A DNA stretch of 64,000 nt from Alphaproteobacteria bacterium (GCA_965225945.1 CBDDBZ010000004.1:1-64000), one strand, 5' to 3'; shown: positions 1 through 9,705, counted from the stretch's first letter. Notes: generated by a model from the letters alone, not told the origin. A program made the numbers and translations.

Positions 1-74
1 GAAGATTCCTTGGACTTTGGCCCGCAATGCGTCCTAGTGTTGACCGTCACCGACGGGGAGAAATAATAGAGAGA

Positions 75-3000
75 ATGTCCAAGGTAGATGCTGCTTCGTA
101 TTTGAAAGCCGTGCATGACGCCCTGGCAAAGGGCAACGCGACCGAACATACGTATCGCCCGGCACTCAAGATCTTTATCGAATCCTTCGCGACGATCTGA
201 CGGCAACCAACGAGCCAAAGCAGGAAAAATGCGGAGCCTCCGACTTCCAGATCACCCGAAGGTCGATCCCGATCGGGCATGTCGAGGCGAAAGACGTCGG
301 CAAGGATTTGGACAAGGTCGAAAGACCGACCGATTGAAGCGCTACCTGGAAGCGTTGCCGAATCTGCTCCTGACTGATTACTTGGAGTTCCGATGGTACG
401 TCTTCGGGCAACACCGGATGACGGCCACACTGAATACTACAAGCGCCACCAGCATCGATGACGTCTCCGAGCTCAGTCACGCCTTTCTAGAAGCCAAGGT
501 CCCCACCATCCGCAGCCCAAGGGACTTGGCCTCTCGCATGGGCGGCATGGCGCAGTTGATGCGGAACATCATTCGCAAGGTCTTTGACGAGGAGGGCAAG
601 CAGGGCTCGCTGCACACGCAGTTGAAGGGGTTCCGCTCGGTCCTCATCGAGACGCTGTCGGTGGACGAGTTCGCCGACATGTACGCGCAGACCATCTGTT
701 ACGGCCTGTTCGCGGCACGCTGCAACCACGAACCGAAGGAGACCTTCACCCGCGAGAAAGGGGCTTACGAGCTCCCGAAGACCAATCCCTTTTTGCCCGA
801 GATATTTGGCCACATCGCTGGACCGGACTTGGACGAGCGCCTGACATGGATCGTCGACGATCTGGCAGAGCTTTTGGACAAGGTCGACATCGAACAGATT
901 CTTAGGAATTTTGGCAAACGCTCCCGGCGCGAGGACCCGGTAGTCCATTTTTATGAAACTTTCCTCGCCGAGTACGATCCTAAGCTCGGCGAGATGCGGG
1001 GCGTCTACTACACGCCGGAACCAGTGGTCAGCTATATCGTCCGGAGTGTCGATCACATTCTGAAAACGGACTTCAAGCTCGTTGACGGGCTCGCCGACAC
1101 TACTATGGTCAAGGTGCCGAAGAGTGTTCTGGGCGGTCGGACGGAGGTGCCTCGCGTCACCATTCTCGACCCAGCCGCTGGTACGGGAACGTTTCTTCAC
1201 GAAGTCATCGACCACATCCGCGAGCAACTGGAAAATCAAGGTCAGATGGGGGCTTGGAGCAGCTACGTCTCTCAGTTCCTGCTGCCACGCCTGTTCGGCT
1301 TTGAACTTCTGATGGCTCCCTACGCTGTCTGCCACCTGAAACTTGGCTTACAGCTGGCCGAAACCGGTTACGACTTCCGGGCTAATGAGCGGCTGCGTGT
1401 TTACCTGACCAATACTCTGGAGGAAGCACATGAAATAGCCGGACTGCCACTATTTGCCCAAGCTCTCTCCCGCGAGGCCGCCGAGGCCGGTGAAACAAAG
1501 CAGGACTACCCGGTGATGGTCATCCTTGGCAATCCCCCCTATTCAGTCCATTCGGCGAACAAGGGGAAGTGGATTCACGAGTTGCTGCGCGGCAAGGACC
1601 TGACGATGGAAGAGGAAACGGGTAACTATTTCCGGGTAGACGGCGAGCCATTAGGTGAGAAGAACCCGAAGTGGCTAAATGATGATTACGTCAAATTCAT
1701 ACGCTTCTCGCAATGGCGGATTGAACGCACCGGCTACGGCGTCCTAGCCTTTATTACCAACCACGGCTACTTGGACAATCCGACCTTCCGGGGTATGCGC
1801 CGGAGCCTGATGGATACCTTTGATGACATCTACGTTCTCGATCTGCACGGTAACACCAAGAAGAAAGAACGGGCGCCGGACGGCACAAAGGACGAAAATG
1901 TTTTTGACATCCAACAGGGTGTTGCTATCGGCATCTTCGTAAAGAACAAGAATGGCAGCGGCAAAAAGGGGGCGGCTCAGGTCCATCACGCCGACCTGTG
2001 GGGCGATCGTGAAATCTGGGCGGTGAGGGTGACGATCAGAAGCTCAAAGACGGGAAATACTGGTGGCTGTGGAGGAACGATGTTGCTTCGACATCCTGGA
2101 CGGATTTTACCCCGAAGTCCCCATTCTATTTGTTTCGCCCACAGAATGAGAAAATTGGCAAAGAGTATTATGTCGGTTGGTCCCCACCTAAAGCCATGCC
2201 AGTCAGTGTGCTTGGATTCCAAACTCACCGTGACAAGTTCGCGATAGCATTTGGTGAGATAGAACTACGAGAAAGTCTTGAGGAAATGAGAGATTCCTCA
2301 ATTTCAGACAATGAGTTCGCGTCGAAATACGGATTGAAAGACAATCTTGATTGGAAACTGTCCAGATGCTAGAGAGGCAAACTACAAAGATCCAGATTGG
2401 GAAAATCGAATAACTGAATATCTTTACCGACCTTCGACCAACGACCATGCTATTTCAGCGAAATTATGATGGACCGTCCACGCCGCGAACTTGTTGATCA
2501 TGTGTTTTCCAAAGATAATTTTTGTATCTTGGTCCCTCGTCAGATTGGAACGTCTGAATGGATGCACGCTAGCTTCACAAAGCATGTTGCAGAAAGCTGC
2601 TTAGTGTCCACAAAGACCAGAGAGAAAAACTACAATTTTCCCATATACCTCTACCCGAAGCCTGGCAAGAAAGACCTCTTTGACGACAACGAGAAATCCG
2701 ATGCGCCAGGCGGGAGGCGCCCCAACCTATTCGGCGATTTCATAGATGAGTTTTCCGGAAAACTCGGACTCACCTTTGTCTCCGAGGGTAGGGCGACATG
2801 GAAAAAACCTTCGGACCAGAGGATGTGATGGCCTACATTTACGCCATTCTCTACAGTCCGACCTATCGTGAACGCTATGGAGAGTTCTTACGAATCGACT
2901 TTCCCCGTATCCCCCTGACATCCAAAAGTGATCTGTTCCGTGCCCTTTGCGAACTCGGAGTAAAACTAATTGGACTGCATCTGACCGAGATCGCTGGGCC

Positions 3001-3319
3001 GGCCATGACTCGCTATCCGGTTGAGGGCGGCAATGTCATTCAAAAGGTCACATACACAGGAGCTCAAGAAGGCCGGCCGAGTCGGGTATGGATAAACGCT
3101 ACGCAATACTTTGAGAGCGTGCCGGAGGAGGTTTGGAAATTCCACTTTGGCGGTTATCAGGTTTGTCAAAAATGGCTCAAGGACCGTAAAGGACGGATGC
3201 TCGACTTCCAGGAGATCCAGCACTACCAACGCATCGTCTCGGCACTTTCGGAAACCCTTCGCCTGATGGCAGAAATCGACGCTGTTATCGATAATAGCAA
3301 CGGTTGGCCAATCGATTAA
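75..3319 (+). pseudogene. Single-chain type IIG / type ISP-like restriction-modification enzyme (nuclease + N6-adenine MTase + C-terminal specificity domain), split by six 1-nt frameshifts
   Basis: ATG at 75 reads MSKVDAASYLKAVHDALAKGNATEHTYRPAL; a shifted frame gives GASDF..GHVEAKD (PD-(D/E)XK-like). ORF 115..2247 has GVYYTP, motif I ILDPAAGTGTF and motif IV GNPPY. The C-terminal parts in ORFs 2130, 2466 and 2798 include YAILYSPTYRERY..DFPRIP and GGYQVCQKWLKDRK. Confidence 0.85.
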
Positions 3320-3499
3320 ACTCCACCACTTGACCGCGGTATCCGAATTAATCACAAATGACTGCCATCTCCCTACTTGGCTATGAATCCCCTAGACGAC
3401 CACCGTCGCCCGACGGGGAGTATACCCCCGATAGCCGACATTCGGCATGAGTTCTTCCCCGAGTTCGGCGACTGTCCGGCGTGGGGCGTGGGGCCGCGA

Positions 3500-4864
3500 T
3501 CATCCGCGCCACGGCCCCTGGGCGACGGTGGCGGTCTTCTCGGCCGGGGCTCCGGCGAGCGGATCGGTACCGCCTTCGGCCAGGGGCCGCGCGGACGCCG
3601 CGCCGGGGCGCCTCGCCATCTCCGCCAAGGACGCCTCGCCGAGGCGTACCGTCGCCACGTCGCCGCCCTCGATCGGCTCCAATCCCAGCCGCTTGCGGGC
3701 CTCGTTCCGGGTGATGATGCCGTTGCCGACCAGCGGCACCAGAGATTGCGCCTCCATCCGCCGCTGATCCGCTATCGCCGTAATCTTGTCCCAGTCGTAG
3801 TCGAGCCTGAGCTCTTCACCGAAGCGCGGCACCAGCCATTCGTTCAGGTCGACCACGGTGCGGCGCATCCGGGGCATGATCGCCTCCTGCCACAAGGCCA
3901 GGCGGGCCTGTTCGAAATTGGCGAAGGTCATGGCGCCGGGAATGCCGACGAGCTGCGGCGGCACCCCGAAGGCGAGCGCCACGTCGCGCGCCGCCGTGTC
4001 GTTCAGCGCCGAATAGTCCATGTCCGAGGGGTTCATGCCGATCTGCTGCCACTGGAAATCACCGTCTAGAACGCTTATCCGCCCCGACCGGCTGGGCCCG
4101 CCGAATTCGCGGTTGAGGTCGGCCTTGATCGCGCGCAGCTGCGCCTCGTCGATCGAGGCGACGGCGCCGGCATCGTCCTTCGGGCTGTAGATGAAGGCAC
4201 CCCGGGGCGTCGCGTCGTTCTGTAAGAGCGCCAGGTTGTGCTTGCCCGAAGCGTTGTGTTGGTCGATCCGAAGGGCCGCGGCGCGGAGCGGCTATTGCCC
4301 CTTGTGATCGTCGAGCGGGTTCCACAGCCGCAGGTGCTTGACCTCGGATTGTCCGCTCTGCGGGTCCACGGAATAGACCGCGAAGGTCCTGCCGTCGACG
4401 ACATACTCGTAGGCCCGCGGGATCTCCACGGTGCCGGCCTGGATCTTGATGCGATCGGGCCTGAGGACGTAGAGCTCGCGCGGCGGCCCCATGACCGGGC
4501 CGGCGCGCAGCAGGAAGGCGTTGCCGTCGATCAGCCGGTAGCCATAGAGCGCGGTGAACAATTCGACCCCGCTCACGCTCGGCGTCGGGCGCGCCAGAAG
4601 CCGCAGCAAGGGATGGTCGCCCGCCAGCGCTTCCTCGCCCCGGAACAGCTTGAACGGAATCGCCGCCGCGCCCTCGGCGATCAGGTTGACGCAGCGATAG
4701 ACGATGGGGTTGAGCTGATAGCCCTCTTCGGCGAAGTCCTTGAAGCGATCGCCCATGAGGCGCGCGACGCCGCCACCGGCGAGAGTCACCATCGGGGCTT
4801 GCTTGGCCGCGAGAGTCCCTGAGAAGGCCCGGCGCGCGGCGCCGAGCGCGGTGAATAATTTCAT
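3500..4864 (-). pseudogene. HK97-family / GTA-like phage portal protein with one in-frame TAG
   Basis: ORFs 4292..4864 and 3500..4036 are in the same frame, joined across TAG at 4292-4294 (DDHKGQ*PLRAAA). Motifs: GYQLNPIVYRCVNLIA, HPLLRLLARP, LYVLRPDR, ALAFGVPPQLVG, ITRNEARKRLGL. Confidence 0.88.
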
Positions 4865-6192
4865 CGGATGACCGCTCCCCTGGCTTTGCCGCCGCGCCCC
4901 GGCAGCAACGCCGTCAGCGCCCAGACCAGGGCGTCGACCCTATCGGGCGAGGCGCGGCCTCGATCGAGATCGATGGTGAAGGCGCACATTTGATCCTCCA
5001 GCGCGGCATGCGAGCCGACGTGATGCACGCGGCCCTGTTCGTAGAGCGCGGCCACCGGCTCGGCCCGCACCACCTTGCCGCGAGTGGCGCGCAGCGCGCG
5101 GTAGGGCACGTCGGCGTCCAGCTGTCGCAGCACCGTGCCGATCCACTCGCCGCCGTTATTCACCTCGGCGACGATTCTGTCGGCCTCAAAACGGTAGTAG
5201 GCGGCGAGCGCCGTCCGGCAGACCGCATCGGGCGTGCCGCGCCGCGACCGGTCGTCCAGGACATAGCCGTGACCGTCGGTGCCGAGGCCGGCGACGACGA
5301 TGCCGCTTTCGTCCGCGTCCTCGCCCGATGTCGCCGCCGGATCGATCGCGACCACGATGCGCCGAAGCTCGGGCGCCTCGGCCAGGCGAAGCGCGTCGAT
5401 CTGGGCCCGCTGCCAGAGCGCGCCGGGCACGTCCTCGAGCCATTCGGCGTCGAGTTCCTGGCGCCCGAGCCGGGTTCCCTCGTAGCGCTGGATCACCTGG
5501 CTGAAAAAGGACGGCGCCAGGTTCTCGCGGTTGTCGTAGGTCGTGCCCCGCGTCGTTACCGTATTTGGCGAGGCCATGATCGTCTTCAACAGGCGGATCG
5601 GTTTCGGCGTGGTCGTGACCACCTGGCGCGGATGCTCGCCCAGCCGCAACCCGAATTGCAGCATGTCCCAAGTGGCCTCGGCGTAGCGCCACTTGGCCAG
5701 CTCGTCCGCCCAGGCGGCGTCGTGCTGGGGGCCGCGCAGCTGGTCGGGCTCGACTGCGTTATAAAGCGTGGCGATCGCCCCGTTGGGCCAGGTGACGCGG
5801 CGCTTCGAGGGCTCGTAGCGCGGGCGGAAATCCGGCGGATGGGTGGCCAGGAGGCCGCTCTCGCCCTCGACCATGACATCGCGCGCGTCGGCCGCCGTTT
5901 CCGCCACCAGGGCGATCCGGCGATAGCGCCCGGGCGCGAGCGGAGAAGCGCCCGAGACGCCGCTTCGGACCCATTCGGCGCCGACCCGGGCCTTGCCGAA
6001 GCCGCGCCCGGCGAGCAGTAGCCAGACGGTCCAGTCGCCCGGCGGTGGCAGTTGTTCGGGCCGCGCCCAACTCGGCCAATCGAAGCGAAGTGCCTGGGCC
6101 TCCGCCTCACTCAGGCTTTGGATCAAGCGCGCCCTTTCCGAGCCGGGCAGCGATGCGATCGATCTCATCAGCGAGACGGGCTCTGACATCAT
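4861..6192 (-). CDS. Terminase large subunit (Terminase_6-type, GTA-like); Walker A reads GKA
   Basis: LLAGRGFGKAR, LRGPQHDAAWADELAKW (Walker B), VVTTTPKP, nuclease-domain VVAIDPA and SPDRVDALVWA. It overlaps the portal start by 4 nt; the true start may be 6168. Confidence 0.92.
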   Translation of the reverse strand: MMSEPVSLMRSIASLPGSERARLIQSLSEAEAQALRFDWPSWARPEQLPPPGDWTVWLLLAGRGFGKARVGAEWVRSGVSGASPLAPGRYRRIALVAETAADARDVMVEGESGLLATHPPDFRPRYEPSKRRVTWPNGAIATLYNAVEPDQLRGPQHDAAWADELAKWRYAEATWDMLQFGLRLGEHPRQVVTTTPKPIRLLKTIMASPNTVTTRGTTYDNRENLAPSFFSQVIQRYEGTRLGRQELDAEWLEDVPGALWQRAQIDALRLAEAPELRRIVVAIDPAATSGEDADESGIVVAGLGTDGHGYVLDDRSRRGTPDAVCRTALAAYYRFEADRIVAEVNNGGEWIGTVLRQLDADVPYRALRATRGKVVRAEPVAALYEQGRVHHVGSHAALEDQMCAFTIDLDRGRASPDRVDALVWALTALLPGRGGKARGAVIR

Positions 6193-6685
6193 CCACCTCG
6201 ATCGCGCCTGTGTCCTCGTCGCGGACCAGCTTGTTCCTGTCGATGAACATCGCGAGATAGCGGCCGATCATCTCGAGCGCCCGCGCCTTGTCCCAGACCT
6301 TGATCTTGTGGGTGACTTCGACCGCGCCGTCGATCCCGGGAACGGTCCGCTTCACGACCTCGTAGGAGGCGACGGCCGCCGCGATATCGTCGGGCAGCTC
6401 GGCGATCCGCCGCAAGCCGCCCTTTTCGTCATGCATTCGCCGGACGTCCGCGAAGCCGATCCGCGCGAGCTCGCGCAGGACCTTCTCGACCGAGACCTCG
6501 GCGCGGCGGGCGCCGACCTCGACCAGTTCCGCGACCCGGGCACGAACCTCCGGGTTCGCTTTCAACCGCCAGGCGTTTCCCGGGGTCCCGCTATAGCCCG
6601 CCCACCGATAGGCCTCGGCCAAGGTCATGCCCGTGGCGAGAGCTTGAGCGAAGCGTTCACGACGGATATTGCTCAGGGCGGCCAT
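6107..6685 (-). CDS. Terminase small subunit
   Basis: N-terminal ERFAQALATG..AEAYRWAGY..A.RL.ANPEVRARVAEL, then VEKVLRELARIGF and KIKVWDKARALEMIGRYLAMF. Lies directly upstream of terL, with a GAGG RBS. Confidence 0.85.
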   Translation of the reverse strand: MAALSNIRRERFAQALATGMTLAEAYRWAGYSGTPGNAWRLKANPEVRARVAELVEVGARRAEVSVEKVLRELARIGFADVRRMHDEKGGLRRIAELPDDIAAAVASYEVVKRTVPGIDGAVEVTHKIKVWDKARALEMIGRYLAMFIDRNKLVRDEDTGAIEVDDVRARLADEIDRIAARLGKGALDPKPE

Positions 6686-6703
6686 GGCACCTCATCGGTC
6701 ATT

Positions 6704-6755
6704 GCTTCGATCCCCGAACACCACGCGAGGCTTCGATCCCCGAACACCACGCGAG
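6704..6755. repeat. Perfect 26-bp tandem duplication upstream of terS
   Basis: gcttcgatccccgaacaccacgcgag at 6704-6729 and 6730-6755; not duplicated in the paralogous leader at ~9125. Confidence 0.9.
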
Positions 6756-6817
6756 CACCGCCCGTCCCGACCGGCCAGCAGCGCGGCGGGGCGACGTTTT
6801 AGAGCTGGGGTGAGAGG

Positions 6818-6990
6818 CAGGGCAATCGCGTGAAGTGATGGACACGGCCTTGATACCGCGTCAACCGCCGCGAAGGGGCCATTGAGGCCCCGCGAGCCCA
6901 TGCGAGCGAAGCCAAGCGCCCGGATGGGCGCGCCCGGCGTCTGAGGGAACAAGAAGAATCCAGGGCAATCGCGTTCACGCGATTGCCCTG
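6818..6990. mobile_element. 173-bp MITE-like element, copy 1
   Basis: 17-bp terminal inverted repeats cagggcaatcgcgtgaa / ttcacgcgattgccctg; flanking 10-bp direct repeat gggtgagagg at 6808-6817 and 6991-7000. Confidence 0.8.
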
Positions 6991-7012
6991 GGGTGAGAGG
7001 CCTCGGCCCCTG

Positions 7013-7125
7013 AAACGCAATGCGCCCCGTGCGGTGACGCCGCCGGGGCACAGTTCGCCAAGTGATAAGGTAGATGGTTTCGGGGTGTCCCGTTGGCAAG
7101 GGGGCGGGTGTGAAATTTTTTCGCG
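7013..7125 (-). promoter_or_regulatory. Conserved ~110-bp non-coding unit, copy 1 (putative phage late promoter plus hairpin/terminator)
   Basis: Near-identical copies at ~9402-9510 and ~12396-12506. The minus strand reads cttgcc..gggacaccccgaaaccatcta..., then a GC hairpin (gccccgg..cggggc) with a T-rich tail, upstream of terS. Confidence 0.55.
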
Positions 7126-7209
7126 AGGCCCCCTAAATGCCCGGAATCATGTAGCAAGCACACCTTGAATCCCCTCACGTTTTTCGCTGGATTTCCATAG
7201 ACTCAGGCC

Positions 7210-7655
7210 ATGAATGCGAGGGGCGAGCAGTACGTCGTAGCCGGCTTGGTTCGCAAGCGAGCGGAACGCGCCAGCACCATCGAACGCCTACAGTCCGAAC
7301 TCAAAACAAAACTGGCGAAACTGGAGACAGTGGACTCCGCCCTTCGCATGTTCGCCCCGACTACCCGATAGAGACCATCAGGCCCGAAGCCTTCCATCCA
7401 CCGCCGGATTGGGCCAGCCGGGGCGAGATGTCTCGTACCGTGCTGTCCATCTTCCGGCAAGCGGCGGAATCCATGACCACGCGGGATATAGCCTTGGAGC
7501 TACTGGTTACGCGCGCCCTCGACAGCAGCGACAGGCGGCTCTTGCGGCTCATGTCCAAGCGGGTCGGCGTGGCGCTCAGGCGCCAGCGCGACCGAGGGTT
7601 GGTGCGGTCGGTGGAAGGGCCGGGGCAATATCTCCTATAGGAAATGGCGCAGTAA
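7210..7655 (+). pseudogene. Conserved alphaproteobacterial hypothetical protein (coiled coil + wHTH-like), with a frameshift and a premature stop
   Basis: MNARGEQYVVAGLVRKRAE..VDSALRMFAP, frameshift at ~7357, then DYPIETIRPEAFHPPPDWASRGEMSRTVLSIFRQA..EGPGQYLL*EMAQ (TAG probably from TGG). Confidence 0.6.
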
Positions 7656-7657
7656 AT

Positions 7658-7951
7658 TCATGGCTTTAGCAATGACAACCCACCAATAATGCCGCCCCAT
7701 AGTATTGCTACAATGGCCAAATAAATGCCCGCCCATGTGAGAAGGTCACGTTTGGTCGCAAGTGTGGGTAGCGCTGAAAGCTTATCCTTAATATTATCAA
7801 GATCACGTCGAATGTACCCAAAATGAGTCTCAAGTCGAGTTACGCGCTCGTTCATATCGCCGCCATCGCTACCTGCTCCGCCAGAACGTTGGATCACGTT
7901 GCGCAACGCGTCCTCACCAATCGCAAAAATTCTTGTCTCGTCATCCGCCAT
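7658..7951 (-). CDS. Small coiled-coil protein with C-terminal transmembrane helix
   Basis: GGDMNERVTRLETHFGYIRRDLDNIK..LATKRDL followed by a hydrophobic tail; low GC. Confidence 0.55.
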   Translation of the reverse strand: MADDETRIFAIGEDALRNVIQRSGGAGSDGGDMNERVTRLETHFGYIRRDLDNIKDKLSALPTLATKRDLLTWAGIYLAIVAILWGGIIGGLSLLKP

Positions 7952-8238
7952 CGGGGGAGCCTCCTGACAGCAGACCTTCTTTTTCAGCCCAATTCTGAAT
8001 TATACCCCTAGCAAATGAGCGAACTTGCCCGCAATTCCCACACAGCAACACTACAAGTGGTATGTGGGGCGGCGGTACGCTGAACCCACCCCCTTCCGGC
8101 GGAATCAGCAATTGAGCGCTGAATTGCTTCTCATCGGTAGCCAAGGCCCAATTCCGGTGGTCACAGGTGCTGCAAGGACGGGTTGCCTCCTTCGCTTCGA
8201 GAAATTTTACGACTACTTCACGGCTAAGATGGACAATG
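7941..8238 (-). CDS. Small zinc-ribbon protein (CxxC...CxxC); start uncertain
   Basis: The frame of ORF 7941..8144 is open upstream to ~8247 and reads VKFLEAKEATRPCSTCDHRNW...LLCGNCGQVRSF. Confidence 0.5.
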
Positions 8239-8269
8239 AAGGCGACTCAAGCATGCAATACGAGGCCAA

Positions 8270-9106
8270 TCAAGCGCTCCGCTGCCAATACCCCTTCCAC
8301 TGCCGGCTCACGGGATGCCCGGCGGCGGCGGCGGCGACCAGCTTGAACAGCGTCCCGTTGTCCCGCCGGCGATAGTCCTCGCGCCACGCCATCTCCCGCG
8401 CGTAGCTCGCGAGGTAGGGGCCGGCGAGGTGATGATGCGTGCCGATTCCGGCCCGGCGCAAGCGCGAGAAATACGACTCCGCCTGATTGGTGCAGACCCC
8501 GGCCTCGAAGAACCGCATGGTGTGGTTGACCCGACGGACGTCATGGAAGCCGTGCAAGGCATCCCATGACGTCGACTCGTCGGCATCGACCACCGTCCCT
8601 GTCTTGACGCCGGCGTGGATGGTCTCCACCGACTCCGACTCGTGCTGGAAGACGTGAACCAACGTCCGCCCCCGGCGCTCACGCATCACCACCACCGCCT
8701 TGCGCTCGCCGGTCTGGTTCTCGGCGAGCCGCAAGTCCTTCCGGTCTTCCTTCGTGTTCTCCGGCTTCACGTAGCCGCCGAAATAGGCGCCGTCGACCTC
8801 GACCAAGCCCTCTAGCGTGGCGTCCTTCCGTTCCGCCGCCATCGCCTCGCCAAGCTTGTGCGCGAGCACGAAAGCCGTCTTGTACCGAACGTTCAATTCC
8901 CGGCTCAGTTGCAGCGCCGACACGCCCTTGGCGCCGACCTCGATCAGTTCCGCGACCCGGGCGCGAACCTCGGCGTTCGCCCTCAACCGCGCGGCGTTTC
9001 CCGCGTTCGCTTCATAGCCCGCCCGCCGATAGGCCTCGCCCGCCGTCAAGCCCGTGGCGAAGGCTTGGGCGAAGCGTTCACGACGGATATTGCTCAGGGC
9101 GGCCAT
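8270..9106 (-). CDS. Chimeric ORF: TerS N-terminus fused in frame to an IS1595-family DDE transposase
   Basis: The first ~59 aa are paralogous to TerS 6107..6685. They are followed by KGVSALQLSREL..YKTAFVLAHKL, VEVDGAYFGG, VDADE, TNQAESYFSRLRR and EMAWRED. Confidence 0.85.
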   Translation of the reverse strand: MAALSNIRRERFAQAFATGLTAGEAYRRAGYEANAGNAARLRANAEVRARVAELIEVGAKGVSALQLSRELNVRYKTAFVLAHKLGEAMAAERKDATLEGLVEVDGAYFGGYVKPENTKEDRKDLRLAENQTGERKAVVVMRERRGRTLVHVFQHESESVETIHAGVKTGTVVDADESTSWDALHGFHDVRRVNHTMRFFEAGVCTNQAESYFSRLRRAGIGTHHHLAGPYLASYAREMAWREDYRRRDNGTLFKLVAAAAAGHPVSRQWKGYWQRSA

Positions 9107-9206
9107 GGCACCTCATCGGTCATTGCCTCGAAGCCCGACGAGCACCGTCCCGTCCCGGCGGGCCAGCAGCGCGCCGGGGCGAAGTTTCAAAGTCGGGGGT
9201 GAGAGG

Positions 9207-9379
9207 CAGGGCAATCGCGTGAAGTGATGGACACGGCCTTGATGCCGCGTCAACCGCCGCCAATGGGCCATTGAGGCCCCGCGAGCCCATGCGAGCGAAG
9301 CCAAGCGCCCGATTGCGCGCGCCCGGCGTCTGAGGGAACAAGAAGAATCCAGGGCAATCGCGTTCACGCGATTGCCCTG
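9207..9379. mobile_element. 173-bp MITE-like element, copy 2
   Basis: Same TIRs and same gggtgagagg direct repeats (9197-9206, 9380-9389) as copy 1, with a handful of internal substitutions. Confidence 0.8.
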
Positions 9380-9401
9380 GGGTGAGAGGCCTAGGCCCCT
9401 G

Positions 9402-9510
9402 AAATGCAAAGCGCCCCGTGCGGGTGATGCCGCCGGGGCGCAACTCGCCAAGTGATGGGTTAGATGGTTTCGGGGTGTCCCGTTGGCAAGGGGGCGGATG
9501 CGATTTTTTC
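9402..9510 (-). promoter_or_regulatory. Conserved ~110-bp non-coding unit, copy 2
   Basis: Minus-strand hairpin gcgccccggcggcatcacccgcacggggcgc followed by tttgcattt; upstream of the terS-IS1595 fusion. Confidence 0.55.
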
Positions 9511-9511
9511 G

Positions 9512-9705
9512 GTTCTTCGCGGATTTGTGCGGACGGGACGCCCCCTCGGCGAGGCGGGCTTCGTCGAACGCCTGAAAGGCCTCACCGGCCGCCGGCTCAC
9601 GCCCGGCCGCCCAGGCCGACCCCGGAAGCTCGACGCCAAGAGGGAGGCCGATCGAGAAGCGATGCGGAAGCGAGGCTCGGAAAATAATAAACTATCCCCA
9701 GAATT
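9512..9705 (+). pseudogene. C-terminal remnant of a Y1 (IS200/RAYT-like) transposase
   Basis: RTGRPLGEAGFVERLKGLTGRRLTPGRPGRPRK resembles the typical C-terminal tail of REP-associated tyrosine transposases; the HUH domain is absent. Confidence 0.6.

Larger units (their letters stand above)
7142..8935 (-). mobile_element. Truncated IS1595-family element with passenger genes (transposase 5' end lost)
   Basis: DDE transposase portion at 8270-8935, passenger ORFs at 7210-8240, and a candidate terminal repeat cggaatcatgtagcaagcac at 7142 (resemblance to IS1595 ends from memory). Confidence 0.6.

Noticed and set aside
6704-6755. 26-bp repeat as a mini-CRISPR
   Set aside because: Two abutting copies with no spacer and no cas genes; a slippage duplication.
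6692-7099. Paralogous ORFs 6692..7099, 9113..9451 and 12074..12548 as a protein family
   Set aside because: They only translate the repeated non-coding unit and MITE; starts and stops are not conserved between copies.
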